Shown piece after piece: positions 1 to 11,981 of a stretch of 64,000 nucleotides of DNA. Numbering within the stretch: position 1 is the first letter of the stretch; every line of letters begins with the position of its first letter. The stretch lies in IMG/VR virus record IMGVR_UViG_3300047373_000743, positions 1-64,000 of that record, one strand, 5' to 3'. Under the pieces are notes generated by a model that saw only the letters and a list, made by a program, of their open reading frames with translations, ran no database searches and was not told the origin of the DNA. The translations under genes and the position numbers were made by a program. This stretch comes from a virus.

Positions 1-2
1 TA

Positions 3-743
3 GTTAGAATATCAAACATAACAGGTGACTTTGTATTATCCAGTGCGGAGGACTATGACACAACCGATGTGCTAGGTATCGTGATAAACGCATCCACTAA
101 TCACTATATAGTTCAGACAAACGGAATGGTTAACTTCGAATTTCCGGATGGTGTTGATTCTAATCTGCACCTAAAACCAGGGACTCAATATTATTTGACA
201 GATATGGACATCATGTTCTCTGAAAATGAAAAGAATGCACCCCGATATTCAATTTATGAATGGGCCCACAAACTAGACGAAGGTACACGAACCTCCCTTG
301 AAACCTCGTTTCCACCCAATCTTGAAAGCAGCTCTCGTAGGATTCCAACCGAAGGAACTCCGTTTAGGAACTCCCAACCAAGTGATCCTGCATCACCACT
401 TACATTAAAAGACGCAACATCTGGATATTATGAAACATTTTCCCGACCTGTGTTTTATGCGGTATCCCCGAACCGAATTTTATTAACAAACCACAGAACA
501 TTACCGAACCCAAACTTAGAGTGCTTCGACTGCCTCAAGAATTCTGAGACGGTTAAAAGTATATACTGGCCATCATACCCAATGGGAGATACCGAACCTG
601 GTGTATTTTCCGACCAGGCTAACTCGTTTCTGAAAAGAATTTGGCCAAACGCGGGATCGGGTCACGTCGCAACACTATATGATGCAACTGACTCAGTGAC
701 ACGCTGGAGATATTCTGTAAACAGCTGGGAGAGAATAGACTAA
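3..743 (+). CDS. Virion structural protein, 5'-truncated (capsid-cement/decoration-like domain)
   Basis: Frame is open from nt 3 (VRISNITGDFVLSSAEDYDTTDVLGIV...), so the GTG at 69 is probably internal. LKPGTQYYL...SRPVFYAVS resembles the N-terminal domain of 1057..2931. Confidence 0.6.
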   Translation, partial: VRISNITGDFVLSSAEDYDTTDVLGIVINASTNHYIVQTNGMVNFEFPDGVDSNLHLKPGTQYYLTDMDIMFSENEKNAPRYSIYEWAHKLDEGTRTSLETSFPPNLESSSRRIPTEGTPFRNSQPSDPASPLTLKDATSGYYETFSRPVFYAVSPNRILLTNHRTLPNPNLECFDCLKNSETVKSIYWPSYPMGDTEPGVFSDQANSFLKRIWPNAGSGHVATLYDATDSVTRWRYSVNSWERID

Positions 744-1057
744 TGGGTTCATTATATGTAGTTTCTGGTAGAACATTCACACGATCATTTACAATATCGT
801 CTAGTGAAGATCCGAATTTACCGTCAACGCACCACCAGATCGAAAAGGTCAGACTATTTTTGGATAGCGCATGGCCAATGGGTGACACAGGTGTGTCTGA
901 TACACAAAACATCGGACAATATGACGGCCGCATAGGGGATATTGCTTGTATAGTAGTTGTTTACACAGACGGTGATCCAAAAAAGAAAGTATATAAAAGA
1001 AATTTCGGTGTAGATACAGAATATACCTGGACAGAAGAAGTAGGAAGTGAGCAATAA
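743..1057 (+). CDS. Hypothetical protein
   Basis: TAATG stop/start overlaps at both ends; shares a PMGDT motif with the upstream ORF. Confidence 0.7.
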   Translation: MGSLYVVSGRTFTRSFTISSSEDPNLPSTHHQIEKVRLFLDSAWPMGDTGVSDTQNIGQYDGRIGDIACIVVVYTDGDPKKKVYKRNFGVDTEYTWTEEVGSEQ

Positions 1058-2931
1058 TGGCAAATTCAGCATTTAGGATATCGGAAGGGAAGAGATACGA
1101 ATCTTCGTATGGCGAGTGTAGTGGGTCCACACTCACCATAAACCAAAGCAACCACGACAGTGTCACCAAAATAAGTGACATAATGACACTAAAATACGAA
1201 AATAATCAATGTCCAGTTGTAGGTGATGTCGTAAGGTGGAGTTCGGTTACTACCGCACTCACACTTGCAGATGCTGAGTATAACGCCATGACCACCACGG
1301 GTGTCGATCCTGAGGCATCATCTGAAGTAGTTGGTGTTATAGAAGAAGTAATAAATGCGTGTGGCCCTGACTTCAATCGTGGTGAAGTAACCGCTCGTAT
1401 TGTATTTTTTGGAAAAATAGACTTTAGCAACCACATGGGAAATAAAAAATTGACTCCTGGTAAAGTTTATTACCTAAATGATAGTACCGAGGTGGAGCAT
1501 AACTCACTTCAAGGTCATATATTTAGAAACGCAACATCCCGTGAACCACAACAAGTAAGCAAGCCAGTGTATATAGCAACCGGTCTAACGACTGCTATTG
1601 TCACCAATTTCCGAGGTTTGATGGGTGGTCAATCGGATTACGTAATGGATGAGATATTATTAACAATAGATTGTGAAAACACTGGGTTTTTAGTGACAAT
1701 TAAAAATAACGGAAGTGAAACATGGAAAACACCTATTGATTCAATTTCGTCGGAGCTTGACCCACTGGATGGATCGTCTACTGTCGGACAAGTACAAAAA
1801 ACATGGGGTGGGTACAATGAATTTAACGAGTGGGTGACTACAGAAGACCCAACCATACAAACATCCACATTGTTACTTGTACCCGGAGAAAGTGTAACCT
1901 ATAAAATAGGATCAGCCGAGGACCCGAAGATAGGAAAACTTACAGTTTTATTAAAATCAAACAACCAGGTGAGAACATCCGAGTCAAGAATATGTATACC
2001 TGAACTCAGCATACACTCAGAGTGTGCCGACATACCCAACAACGACTCAAACCTACCCAGATTCTTAATATCATGGGATACACAGTCACGTGGGATGACA
2101 ACTCCGATAACATACACAATACAAGAGAAGGATGACACCGGTCAATTTAGTGACATTGACACCCAAGATTTTGACTCGTTTCAACTTCCATCGTCAACTG
2201 ACGATGCATCCTGGTATATCAATGTGTATGATAAATTTAACCCATCGCACTCGGGTGATTATAGAATAATATTCCCAGATGTAGTACCTGGTCATTGGGC
2301 ATATCCAACACTAGGAGACGGACTTGAGATGAGCTGTATAACTGACATAAAATGCACCTGCGAAACTACCCACTGCTTAATCGAACCACGATATGAAGAA
2401 AAACGAAAAACTTACGGGCCGTTGATGGGTGCGTATGAGCTAGACGGAATAACCTTGGTGGGTGATGAAGACTCAAACAGAACCAAATATCCTGGTTTAA
2501 TAAAAGATATGTTATATGATGTAACTACGGGTGAGACGATAGATATGTGGCAGGGAAAAACAGACCGACTTAATGATGACGGCACCAACGGCCGTTTGTG
2601 TGGGTCACTTGTGGAGGATACTCCATACTTTCCAAGTTTTACATTTTATGTACCAGACTCGGGTGCCATATGTGTACCCAAATTAACATTTGACAAAGTT
2701 AGGGCGTCAACACCATATGTAATTTCAGTTTGGAAAAATAAACAAACACGTGAGATTCAAAATCCGGCCTCATTTCAGATAAGTTTAGCAGACGTTCCAA
2801 AGAACGAAGAAGACGCAGTTGGAACTTTCTTTTTAAACTATAACTCGGACACGGGTGAATATGAACATTGTTTTGATTTTAGACTCGATGGAAGTAGTCA
2901 AGATTACTATATTGATGAAATTGTAACATAG
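1057..2931 (+). CDS. Virion structural protein (N-terminal cement/decoration-like domain, then beta-rich Cys-containing domains)
   Basis: 624 aa; GDVVRW...LADA...VVGVI...LTPGKVYYL...SKPVYIATG pattern; structural-gene context. Confidence 0.55.
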   Translation: MANSAFRISEGKRYESSYGECSGSTLTINQSNHDSVTKISDIMTLKYENNQCPVVGDVVRWSSVTTALTLADAEYNAMTTTGVDPEASSEVVGVIEEVINACGPDFNRGEVTARIVFFGKIDFSNHMGNKKLTPGKVYYLNDSTEVEHNSLQGHIFRNATSREPQQVSKPVYIATGLTTAIVTNFRGLMGGQSDYVMDEILLTIDCENTGFLVTIKNNGSETWKTPIDSISSELDPLDGSSTVGQVQKTWGGYNEFNEWVTTEDPTIQTSTLLLVPGESVTYKIGSAEDPKIGKLTVLLKSNNQVRTSESRICIPELSIHSECADIPNNDSNLPRFLISWDTQSRGMTTPITYTIQEKDDTGQFSDIDTQDFDSFQLPSSTDDASWYINVYDKFNPSHSGDYRIIFPDVVPGHWAYPTLGDGLEMSCITDIKCTCETTHCLIEPRYEEKRKTYGPLMGAYELDGITLVGDEDSNRTKYPGLIKDMLYDVTTGETIDMWQGKTDRLNDDGTNGRLCGSLVEDTPYFPSFTFYVPDSGAICVPKLTFDKVRASTPYVISVWKNKQTREIQNPASFQISLADVPKNEEDAVGTFFLNYNSDTGEYEHCFDFRLDGSSQDYYIDEIVT

Positions 2932-2957
2932 AGAGTGCAATACATGGACCAAAATCA

Positions 2958-5900
2958 ATGGCACTCTTAAAAAATAGATATCAGTTTGTTCATTACGGTG
3001 TATGTTTAGGTTCTGAGGATATATGTGAAAACATTCGCATTGAAGACATATTAAACTCAAACCCGATGTATCGTGAAACCATTATAGCAATATGGAAGTG
3101 GGACTCGGAGGGCGGTGCTCCTGCTAGGTATAACGTTCAATCCAAAGAGAACTATGAAACTTTAAAAAACGCATATAAAATTCCTTCTGACGGGTATTTA
3201 GATGACCGAATAACACCCCCGATGAAAGAGTTTAAGTGTGGTGGTGTTTATACATTCATCTGCACACCTGAAGTGGATACAATCGAAGGTGGTCTTGACT
3301 TACCTGGATTTGCCAACACCTCCACAGCGGGGATACCACTTGATAAAACCGGGTTGGTAACAACCGAGTGTTGTATTACCGAAACCCAACTAGCCACACC
3401 GTTAACTGATAGGTATCAATTTGCTTGGTACGGAATTTGCTCAGACTGCTCCAACTCTAGAATAGAAGACATATTAAACTCAAACCCGATGTATCGTGAA
3501 ACCATTATAGCAATATGGAAGTGGGACTCGGAGGGCGGTGCTCCTGCTAGGTATAACGTTCAATCCAAAGAGAACTATGAAACTTTAAAAAACGCATATA
3601 AAATTCCTTCTGACGGGTATTTAGATGACCGAATAACACCCCCGATGAAAGAGTTTAGGTGTGGTGAGTCATATACATTTATCTGCACACCTGAGATAGA
3701 TTTATTGGAATTTGGTATGACAATACCAAACTTTACAGTTAATAATACCTTTGCAAGAATATCAAATTGTACTTCGGCTGCACCCGTTGGTTTAAAACTA
3801 AATGGTGGTGCTGTATGTGGTGACCCAACTGAAGTTATATTTCCACCAACCACTCCAAAAAATGGATGCAGACAGGTTGCTATTTTAATGAGATCATCTC
3901 CTGTCGGTGAAGGTGCGGATTGGAAAAATGCAAACTACTGGGATTATATATCGTATTATACTGTTTGCAATACACCAACTCACACAGAACCTGAACCAAC
4001 CCCACCAACTTATACAGAATCTGAACCAATCCCACCAACTTATACAGAATCTGAACCAACCCCACCAACCAATAAACCACAATCACCTCCAGTCTATAAA
4101 ATTCCAAAAGACCCACCCCATCCAGGTGTGTGTCCACCTGACGAAAGTGAACTAATACAGACCGGGATTGTCAATCAACCGACTCCCACCACAACCGAAG
4201 GGACACCAACACCAACGCAACTTGGGATAGATGCTGGACGAACTGATGTCCCTAATATAACATGGTCTTCGTCCACTAGCTTCACAATTGACCCACCACA
4301 TCACCACACAATTGTAGAAGTTGATTGTACAAAATGTGGGTTTGCAGACTTTGATCAGGTTATAGGATGTCCACCACCAACCGAAACATTCCACCAACCA
4401 CCACCACCACCACCACCAACTCACACAGAGTCCGAACCAATCCCACCAACTCACACAGAGTCCGAACCAATCCCACCAACTCATACAGAATCTCCACCCC
4501 CACCACCAACTCATACAGAATCTCCACCGCCCCCACCACCAACCCATACAGAACCTCCACCACCACCAACTCATACAGAATCTGAACCAATTACACCAAC
4601 AACCACCCATCCATGTCCGTGGTTTGATTGCGAGGGTGTGTGTGAGGGTCCAGCAGAAACGGATTGTGCCGGAGATTGTAACGGAGACGCCAGACTTGAT
4701 TGTTTGGGTGTATGTAATGGGGTGGCAACTGAAGATTGTGCAGGTGAATGCAACGGCAACGCAGTCTTAGATTGTTTAGGTGTATGTGACGGAGACGCAA
4801 CGTTAGATTGTGCCGGTATTTGTGACGGTGACACCAAGTTTGATTGTCTCGGAGTATGTGGTGGAGATGCGGTTGTCGATGCGTGTGGTGAGTGTAATGG
4901 AGGAGAAACCGACCCAGACAATTGTGATTGTAGCAGAGACTGTCTAGGCGTATGTGACGGAGACGCAACTTTAGACTGTGCAGGTATTTGTAATGGAAAC
5001 ACTCCTGTAGATTGTGCAGGTATTTGCAACGGAGATACACCACTAGACTGCGCGGGGGAGTGTGACGGAGACGCAACTTTAGACTGTGCAGGTATTTGTA
5101 ATGGAAACACATCCATAGATTGTGCAGGAGTGTGTGGGGGGGATGCAGTTCTAGACTGCGCGGGGGAGTGTGACGGAGACGCAACTTTAGACTGTGCAGG
5201 TATATGTAATGGAAACACCCCCGTAGATTGTGCCGGGGAGTGTGGAGGTTCTGCACGTGAGGATTGTGCAGGTATTTGTAATGGTGATACAAAAATAGAC
5301 TGCGAGGGTGTGTGTGATGGTGATGCCACCGAAGATTGTGCGGGAATTTGCAACGGAAACACCCTAGTTGATTGCAACGGAATATGTGACGGTGATGGCA
5401 TATTAGATTGTGCCGGTATTTGTGACGGTGACACCAAGTTTGATTGTCTCGGAGTATGTGGTGGAGATGCGGTTGTCGATGCGTGTGGTGAGTGTAATGG
5501 AGGAGAAACCGACCCAGACAATTGTGATTGCAACAAAGATTGTGCAGGAATCTGCGATGGAAACACGCAATTGGACTGCCTTGGTATATGTGGTGGAACT
5601 GCCGTATTTGACTGCAACGGGATATGTGGAGGGACTGACTTTTTCGACTGCCTTGGTGTTTGTGGTGGTAACGCAACACTAGATTGTGCGAACAAGTGCA
5701 ACGGAGATGCTAAATTAGACTGCAAAGGGAAGTGTAATGGAGATGCTAAATTAGACTGCAAGGGGAAGTGTGACGGAGATGCTAAATTAGATTGTGCCGG
5801 AAAGTGTGACGGAGATGCTAAAAAAGACTGCAAAGGGGTGTGTAACGGAAAGGCTAAATTAGACTGCAAAGGGGTATGTGACGGGAATGCAAAGGTGGAT

Positions 5901-7613
5901 TGCAAAGGGGTGTGTGGAGGGACTGCTGTAGTAGATTGTGCGGGAGTATGTGGTGGAAATGCAATAAGAGACTGTTCGGGTAGGTGCAACGGAAACGCAC
6001 GAAGGGATTGCGCTGGAATTTGTAGAGGAAACACACGCAGAGACATCTGTGGTACTTGTGGTGGAAATGCACGGAATATAGACGATTGTTGTACAAACTG
6101 CGAGGAAGCACCTGGTCAAGGACACTGGTTTAGGCACGGCATGGGGTGGAAAGGTACACCACTGGAATTAGCTAAGGTAAAACTAAAGGGACATTCCGCA
6201 CCTGTATATGACCTCGGGAACAACACATATCGCATCTATGGTGATTTGAAAAAAGAATCAGGACCTGTTGCATCGGCAGTACTGGACCTATTTAGATTCG
6301 AACTTGAAGGTGGGTCACCCAACAAGGGTAAGTTGACAATTGCTTATAGTAATAAAGATTTAAACGACCAATGTGATTCACTTGGGGGTAGAGGAAAAGA
6401 CTCAGTTCATCTGCGATACATTGACAAAGACTCGGTGTTGATACGAAATAAAACAAGATTGATAACAATTCAGTCTGGTATTATAAGTGACTCTGTAACT
6501 AGGTGGAGAATGCAATACAGACATGAATTTAGATTGGCGGACAATATTGATATCCGTGCCGGTGATAGTGTGTATATCAGAAGTAGAAACGGCACATCAC
6601 CATTAGGAGCAACATATGTAAGAGGTACGGTCAGTGACCTTGGTGCGGGTAATTGGGGCATAGTTACGAACTCACCTAGACCCTTTAGGGTGGCAAATCA
6701 ATTTCCCCAAATACCAAATGTATCCGTGTTATATGTATTAAATAGAGTTGCGGTTCCTGAATCAGGGGGTGGGGATGCGAACGGATGTGATCGTGGAGAT
6801 AAATTATTGCCAGGTGAGAATGAAATATATAAGTTTAAAGTGGGTGACCAGATAACAATTAGAAACAGAGCAACCACACAACGAGGGTGGACGCACAACA
6901 TAACCGAACTTAACGAAGTGAAGGGAACGATTGACATCGATGGTGAGCTAACAAGTCACATTCAGTGGTGGACATTTGATGAGTCTGGTAGAACGAGGAC
7001 CCATGTAGTCCAACAAGAACAATATGTATTTGACACAATGCCGGAAATTGAAAATAAAACCACACCGTGTATGATTAGAATCGAATCAAGAACCAGAGTT
7101 CAACCCATGTGGGAAGAAACCGATCAAAACGGCCAGGGTGGAACTACGTTGGTTTTCGATGGACGAACAAACGGAAAAACATGGACGATCCATCGCATAA
7201 ACGGAGACAACTCCAAAATATTTTATATAAAACCAGACAGTGACGATAAATCAGAATCCATGCTGTGTAGTGAGTGTTCGTGTGCATTCCGTCTCAGACG
7301 AACAGAGTTTCAACGTGAAGGTCCTGATATAGGCCCTCGATCTGCGTGTGCAGTAGACGGTAATGGAGTACGAAACCACCAAATAATTACAGAGGAGTAT
7401 GCTTCTATAAATCCATTCTTGATAAACGATAAACTTGCAATAAAAACCAGAGATCCTGCGTTGCTTGAAGGTGAGGCTGAGTTTAGACCATACATGGCCG
7501 GTTATATGGGCCAGGCCGTGGGTGCGAACATTGTAGCTAGGAGACTTATACAAATTATAGGTGCAAATCGCATAGATTATATAGAGTTTGAATCGGGAGA
7601 TTATCAGTCATGA
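2958..7613 (+). CDS. Large Cys-rich repeat protein, probable fibre/appendage (duplicated N-terminal domain, Pro/Thr linker, DCxGxCxGxA repeats, beta-rich C-terminus)
   Basis: 1551 aa ORF; repeats are directly visible in the translation. Confidence 0.75.
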   Translation: MALLKNRYQFVHYGVCLGSEDICENIRIEDILNSNPMYRETIIAIWKWDSEGGAPARYNVQSKENYETLKNAYKIPSDGYLDDRITPPMKEFKCGGVYTFICTPEVDTIEGGLDLPGFANTSTAGIPLDKTGLVTTECCITETQLATPLTDRYQFAWYGICSDCSNSRIEDILNSNPMYRETIIAIWKWDSEGGAPARYNVQSKENYETLKNAYKIPSDGYLDDRITPPMKEFRCGESYTFICTPEIDLLEFGMTIPNFTVNNTFARISNCTSAAPVGLKLNGGAVCGDPTEVIFPPTTPKNGCRQVAILMRSSPVGEGADWKNANYWDYISYYTVCNTPTHTEPEPTPPTYTESEPIPPTYTESEPTPPTNKPQSPPVYKIPKDPPHPGVCPPDESELIQTGIVNQPTPTTTEGTPTPTQLGIDAGRTDVPNITWSSSTSFTIDPPHHHTIVEVDCTKCGFADFDQVIGCPPPTETFHQPPPPPPPTHTESEPIPPTHTESEPIPPTHTESPPPPPTHTESPPPPPPTHTEPPPPPTHTESEPITPTTTHPCPWFDCEGVCEGPAETDCAGDCNGDARLDCLGVCNGVATEDCAGECNGNAVLDCLGVCDGDATLDCAGICDGDTKFDCLGVCGGDAVVDACGECNGGETDPDNCDCSRDCLGVCDGDATLDCAGICNGNTPVDCAGICNGDTPLDCAGECDGDATLDCAGICNGNTSIDCAGVCGGDAVLDCAGECDGDATLDCAGICNGNTPVDCAGECGGSAREDCAGICNGDTKIDCEGVCDGDATEDCAGICNGNTLVDCNGICDGDGILDCAGICDGDTKFDCLGVCGGDAVVDACGECNGGETDPDNCDCNKDCAGICDGNTQLDCLGICGGTAVFDCNGICGGTDFFDCLGVCGGNATLDCANKCNGDAKLDCKGKCNGDAKLDCKGKCDGDAKLDCAGKCDGDAKKDCKGVCNGKAKLDCKGVCDGNAKVDCKGVCGGTAVVDCAGVCGGNAIRDCSGRCNGNARRDCAGICRGNTRRDICGTCGGNARNIDDCCTNCEEAPGQGHWFRHGMGWKGTPLELAKVKLKGHSAPVYDLGNNTYRIYGDLKKESGPVASAVLDLFRFELEGGSPNKGKLTIAYSNKDLNDQCDSLGGRGKDSVHLRYIDKDSVLIRNKTRLITIQSGIISDSVTRWRMQYRHEFRLADNIDIRAGDSVYIRSRNGTSPLGATYVRGTVSDLGAGNWGIVTNSPRPFRVANQFPQIPNVSVLYVLNRVAVPESGGGDANGCDRGDKLLPGENEIYKFKVGDQITIRNRATTQRGWTHNITELNEVKGTIDIDGELTSHIQWWTFDESGRTRTHVVQQEQYVFDTMPEIENKTTPCMIRIESRTRVQPMWEETDQNGQGGTTLVFDGRTNGKTWTIHRINGDNSKIFYIKPDSDDKSESMLCSECSCAFRLRRTEFQREGPDIGPRSACAVDGNGVRNHQIITEEYASINPFLINDKLAIKTRDPALLEGEAEFRPYMAGYMGQAVGANIVARRLIQIIGANRIDYIEFESGDYQS
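3042..3657 (+). repeat. Identical 193-bp direct repeat (3042-3234 = 3465-3657)
   Basis: Compared base by base; offset 423 nt, in frame. Confidence 0.9.
3974..4610 (+). repeat. Pro/Thr-rich tandem repeats ([10 protein letters not shown] / PPPPPTHTE)
   Basis: About 30-nt units such as ccaccaactcatacagaatct, in two blocks. Confidence 0.85.
4627..6100 (+). repeat. Array of roughly 35 Cys-rich 13-aa (39-nt) repeats DCxGxCxGxAxx
   Basis: Visible in the translation; includes an exact 128-bp duplication, 4803-4930 = 5403-5530. Confidence 0.9.
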
Positions 7614-9814
7614 ATAAAAAATCAACCACCCAACAATCCACAGATTATCCACATGACAACAATTGTGAATGTGCAGATGATGATTTCAATGGTGACGGAA
7701 AGATAGATTTCGTTGATTGGATAATCTTCTCGCAGTGGATTGCACATGGGAAACCTGGTATTAAAAAACTTAAATTAATCATGGAGGATTTTGTAGAAAA
7801 TCCAGAAAACGAACTAGTTGTTGGAAGTTCACCACATTTGTTCGTACCTGTCAAAATTCCAAAAATGACTAATGCTGATTATGAAGAAAAAAACACCTGT
7901 GTAACTTCAAAAGATTTGGCAATATATTATGCGTATTCTGATTGGGGGGCCGATGGAGACCGTCCAGAACCAGATGAACAAACCTTGAGTGATCACATTA
8001 ACGAACTCGATGATCCAATCTTGGGGTATTCCTCATACGGAAGCTTCAACTTAAAACACATTCCATTAAAAACCTGCAAACCCGTTTGTAACACAGCACT
8101 CAGTATTTACAATTATTGTGAAGACAATTCCTTAAAAATTAAGGTAACCAACAACTCTAATGCAAAAGTGAGACTGGACTACTATAAATGGGCAATACGA
8201 TTGAAATGTAAGGAAACCAAAAAAGAGCAGTTAAATGAGGTTGGGTGGGCAACAAAAACTCCATCAAACGCAATCTGGACAGATTGTGAAGGAAAACTCT
8301 GGCTAAGAGCTGGGGGTGTGTTGACAGCGTCGTATGCAGGTTGCGAGTGTACCCCAACCCCAACCCCAACCCCAACCCCAACTTTAACGCCAACTCCCAC
8401 ACCAACCCCAACTTTAACGCCAACTCCCACACCAACCCCAACTTTAACGCCAACTCCCACACCAACCCCTACACCAACTTTAACACCAACTTCAACTTCA
8501 ACCGAAACCCCAACTTCATCTGCAACTGAAACCCCAACTTCATCTGCAACTGAAACCCCAACTTCATCTGCAACTGAAACCCCAACTTCATCTGCAACTG
8601 AAACCCCAACTTCATCCACAACAGAATCACCAACCCCAACTTCATCCACAACAGAATCACCAACCCCAACTTCGTCATCCACCAACACCCCAACAGAATC
8701 GTCAACGTTAACTTCAACTTCAACTGAAACCCCGACTTCAACTGAAACCCCAACTGAAACCCCAACTGAAACCCCATCAGAATCACCAACCCCGACTTCA
8801 TCTGCAACTGAAACCCCAACTTCATCCACAACCCCAACCCCAACTTCATCATCCAGTAACACTCCAACAGAATCGTCAAGTGACGATAGTAGTGGAAGTA
8901 GTGGGAGTAGTAGCGGAAGCAGTTCAGGCACCAGTTCCTGCTCCGCTTATTCATGTGAATCGGAGAATCCGTTTGAGGGATCATCTGGTGACTCTGGATC
9001 AAGTGGTTCTGGTACAAATACGCAAACAGAATCATCGACTCCAACCCCAACCCCAACTTCATCATCCAGTAACACTTCAACAGAATCCCCATCCTCGATT
9101 ACAGGATCACCAACCGTTACATTAACACCACCCTCTACACCAACTTCAACTTTAACGCCAACCCCCACACCAACTGCAACTTCAACTGAAACCCCAACCG
9201 CAACCTCAACTGCAACCTCAACTGCAACCTCAACTGCAACTGCAACTTCGTCATCCAGCAACACATCAACAGAATCAACAACTGTAACCGAAACTCCATC
9301 TGCAACTGACACCCCGTCCACAACAGAATCAACAACTGTAACTGAAACCCCAACCGCAACGTCAACTGCAACTTCAACTTCAACTGAAACCCCAACCGCA
9401 ACCTCAACTGCAACCCCAACCGCAACCTCAACTGCAACCCCAACCGAAACTTCAACTGAAACCCCAACCGCAACCTCAACTGCAACCGAAACTCCAACTG
9501 CAACCGAAACCCCAACTGCAACTTTAACGCCAACTCCCACACCAACTGCAACTTCAACTGAAACTCCGACCCCAACCCCAACCTTAACACCGACTCCGAC
9601 TCCTGAAGTTGATTGTTACTGCCCACCGGAAACCGGATGCCTTGACATGGGAACTGATGGTGATGGTTCAATAACACTATGTACGGCATACGGTTCGAGT
9701 TGTGAGTGCATGTACCAAGATGAAGACTTCACCGATGATCGACCCGGACTAACATACCATAAATTGGTACAGGTTACAGCAATAGAACCTGAGGATTGTT
9801 GCACAGACCAATGA
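7610..9814 (+). CDS. Dockerin/EF-hand-like N-terminus, mucin-like Thr/Pro/Ser stalk and Cys-rich C-terminal domain; probable virion surface protein
   Basis: [13 protein letters not shown] Ca-binding loop; about 420 aa of [10 protein letters not shown] repeats; ATGA overlap with the upstream gene. Confidence 0.7.
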   Translation: MNKKSTTQQSTDYPHDNNCECADDDFNGDGKIDFVDWIIFSQWIAHGKPGIKKLKLIMEDFVENPENELVVGSSPHLFVPVKIPKMTNADYEEKNTCVTSKDLAIYYAYSDWGADGDRPEPDEQTLSDHINELDDPILGYSSYGSFNLKHIPLKTCKPVCNTALSIYNYCEDNSLKIKVTNNSNAKVRLDYYKWAIRLKCKETKKEQLNEVGWATKTPSNAIWTDCEGKLWLRAGGVLTASYAGCECTPTPTPTPTPTLTPTPTPTPTLTPTPTPTPTLTPTPTPTPTPTLTPTSTSTETPTSSATETPTSSATETPTSSATETPTSSATETPTSSTTESPTPTSSTTESPTPTSSSTNTPTESSTLTSTSTETPTSTETPTETPTETPSESPTPTSSATETPTSSTTPTPTSSSSNTPTESSSDDSSGSSGSSSGSSSGTSSCSAYSCESENPFEGSSGDSGSSGSGTNTQTESSTPTPTPTSSSSNTSTESPSSITGSPTVTLTPPSTPTSTLTPTPTPTATSTETPTATSTATSTATSTATATSSSSNTSTESTTVTETPSATDTPSTTESTTVTETPTATSTATSTSTETPTATSTATPTATSTATPTETSTETPTATSTATETPTATETPTATLTPTPTPTATSTETPTPTPTLTPTPTPEVDCYCPPETGCLDMGTDGDGSITLCTAYGSSCECMYQDEDFTDDRPGLTYHKLVQVTAIEPEDCCTDQ
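8351..9605 (+). repeat. Mucin-like low-complexity repeats (TP)n, [12 protein letters not shown]
   Basis: accccaacc and actgaaaccccaacttcatctgca tandem units. Confidence 0.9.
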
Positions 9815-11190
9815 AAAGAATTACGATAGTAATTCCAATATTTAGATTATCATCGAACCGATTGGCTAATTTTTTGTTTTTGTTAAAAAAAATACAATCT
9901 GTGGTTAGTGTATGTGACATAAAGGTTGTTGACCAAGTTTCGGAAAAAACCGATATTCAAACTATACTACGAATGTATCCAGATATAACTTATATACCTG
10001 TGTCAATGTCGGATGGTGTATTTAATAAGTCAATATTGATTAACAGAGCTTGCACAGACATAAAGTCAGAGTTTATTTGGATAATTGATGCGGATTTTTA
10101 TACAAATTTTGATTTCGTGGTATCGGAAATTAATAATTTTTCTGACTTCACACGACCCTTCAGTGAAATTATATTACTAAATGAAACAGAGTCTTCCCAA
10201 CTAATTGATTCGGATTATGTACAAATTAATAGAGATGAGTATGAAAACTCTTTTGCCAACGGAAAGTACTCATTTATAGTCAGAACATCGGTTTTTATTG
10301 AGTCTGGTATGATGAATGAAAACTTTAGGGGGTGGGGGTTTCAAGACTTAGACTTTGTTGAAAATAGGTTGGTAAGTTGTAAAATATCTAACATAGATAC
10401 ACCTGCATTTCATTTGTGGCACGAACCCGCCTCACGGAAATATGTAAATGAAAATAAACTTATATACGGAAATTTCACAGAACCCAAACACACCACCACA
10501 AATACTCACCCGATAAAAAAACAAGTTTATCAACAACCGTGCCCTGTGGACGATACCAGTGTGGTTCGGAACACAACAAACATTAAACAAGATATACATA
10601 AACATGAACATATAAATCACATTCATGTTACATATGAAAATTCTACTTTTTTTGATAAACACAAACCACACCTTAGTACTATTATAAAAGCAAGTGTAAC
10701 AAAAAAACAGACAAGAACACTCACAGGAACACTAGACGTCAAAATAATCAAGAAAAACTTTATATATTACTATCTGAAGTTCATAGTAGACAACTACCAA
10801 AGGTTAAATGGAATTATATGTTTCTCTAACGATTATTTTTGTAATAATGAAACTTTATTTAACCTAAATAATCAGTTGTTGATAGAAGACTCTTTTAAAT
10901 CTGACAATAAGATGACACAGAACTTTGAGTGGGTGACCAAAACTACTAGAGAAAACTCAAAATCGTTCAAACCCACGCACAAGATTAAATTTATTTCAAA
11001 ATCTATATCGGATGGTGGGGTGGGTGTATATTCAAAACTTGGGATTTTTAAAATAAAGTCCGACTTAATAAAAAAGACCTCGGTGTCGCACTACAAAAAG
11101 ATACTCGATAGCACAAGTGATTGGTCATCCAGAGAATACGAGTGGTTCTTAATCAACTTACAGAAAATATTCTTGACAGAATTCAAGTAA
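9811..11190 (+). CDS. Glycosyltransferase (GT2/GT7C-like) with a DUF3431-like C-terminal domain
   Basis: [18 protein letters not shown] (DxD), [15 protein letters not shown] and HLWH motifs. The ATG at 9811 overlaps the upstream TGA and is preferred over TTG 9796. Confidence 0.8.
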   Translation: MKRITIVIPIFRLSSNRLANFLFLLKKIQSVVSVCDIKVVDQVSEKTDIQTILRMYPDITYIPVSMSDGVFNKSILINRACTDIKSEFIWIIDADFYTNFDFVVSEINNFSDFTRPFSEIILLNETESSQLIDSDYVQINRDEYENSFANGKYSFIVRTSVFIESGMMNENFRGWGFQDLDFVENRLVSCKISNIDTPAFHLWHEPASRKYVNENKLIYGNFTEPKHTTTNTHPIKKQVYQQPCPVDDTSVVRNTTNIKQDIHKHEHINHIHVTYENSTFFDKHKPHLSTIIKASVTKKQTRTLTGTLDVKIIKKNFIYYYLKFIVDNYQRLNGIICFSNDYFCNNETLFNLNNQLLIEDSFKSDNKMTQNFEWVTKTTRENSKSFKPTHKIKFISKSISDGGVGVYSKLGIFKIKSDLIKKTSVSHYKKILDSTSDWSSREYEWFLINLQKIFLTEFK

Positions 11191-11201
11191 AAATATAATA
11201 T
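11173..11201 (+). promoter_or_regulatory. Consensus sigma70-type promoter TTGACA-17-TATAAT, leaderless-type spacing
   Basis: TTGACA 11173-78, TATAAT 11196-201, ATG 6 nt downstream. Confidence 0.85.
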
Positions 11202-11207
11202 ATCTGT

Positions 11208-11876
11208 ATGAATAAATATACAGAAACCCAATTAGAAGAAAACTACACATCATTCTTAAAATTCATAGAAGATACATTTTCCGGTGAACGACAAGAACGA
11301 TTGTTGTATATGTATGGAACTGACGATGGGTGTCTTGGGTTGAGAGCATTAACAGCACCTGCAAGTGGCACTATACATTATCATAATTGTTATGATGGTG
11401 GTTACATTGATCATGTAATGAATGTTTGTAAGGCAGCCAGAGGTCAAAAAGTTTTGATGCAAAGCATGGGTGCGAGAATAGATTTTACAGACGATGAATT
11501 ATTATTTTCTGCTCTTAACCACGACTTAGGAAAACTTGGTTCACTTGAAGGTGAGCAATATCAACCAAATGATAGTGAATGGCATGTCAAAAACCAAGGC
11601 AAAGTCTATAAAATGAATACAGATTTACACTGGATGGGTGTAACTGATCGTTCTTTATTTTTACTACAACACTTTGACATAAAATATAATCAAAAAGAAT
11701 GTTTGGCAATTAAATTATCAGACGGAATGTACGATGACGCTAACATTGATTATCTAAAATCATTCAATCCAGGCAACGGTCTTAAAACAGAACTACCGAG
11801 GGTAATTCATTGGGCAGACCATATGTCATGTGTGGTGGAAAAATCACTCACCGAAGAAAACTTCAAGTTTGATTGA
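11208..11876 (+). CDS. HD-domain phosphohydrolase (YhaM/Cbf1-like HD family)
   Basis: APAS...HYH...GGYIDH...HDLGK...IHWAD motifs. Confidence 0.8.
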   Translation: MNKYTETQLEENYTSFLKFIEDTFSGERQERLLYMYGTDDGCLGLRALTAPASGTIHYHNCYDGGYIDHVMNVCKAARGQKVLMQSMGARIDFTDDELLFSALNHDLGKLGSLEGEQYQPNDSEWHVKNQGKVYKMNTDLHWMGVTDRSLFLLQHFDIKYNQKECLAIKLSDGMYDDANIDYLKSFNPGNGLKTELPRVIHWADHMSCVVEKSLTEENFKFD

Positions 11877-11895
11877 TAAGTTTTCGATTCAGTGT

Positions 11896-11981
11896 TATAT
11901 TTATATTATGAGCAATGCTCAAACGAGATTGCTCAACGGATGCCCAATCTGGGGTTCGTAACTCAAATAGGAATAAATAAA
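11896..11981 (+). promoter_or_regulatory. Promoter (TATTTAT motif overlapping TTGATA-17-TATATT) and structured 5' UTR of hsp20
   Basis: Two bulged-G hairpins at 11909-11935 and 11937-11958; AGGA SD-like sequence before ATG 11982. Confidence 0.55.

Noticed and set aside
3042-3657. Diversity-generating retroelement TR/VR pair
   Set aside because: Copies are identical with no adenine-specific differences, and there is no reverse transcriptase in the window.
8182-9689. Long minus-strand and alternative-frame ORFs over repeats (also 4571-6046, 13832-14323, 14431-14949, 17666-18484, 61794-62408)
   Set aside because: Shadows of low-complexity or codon-biased + strand genes; no independent signals.
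11909-11935. CIRCE (HrcA) operator before hsp20
   Set aside because: Does not match TTAGCACTC-N9-GAGTGCTAA; better explained as an RNA hairpin.
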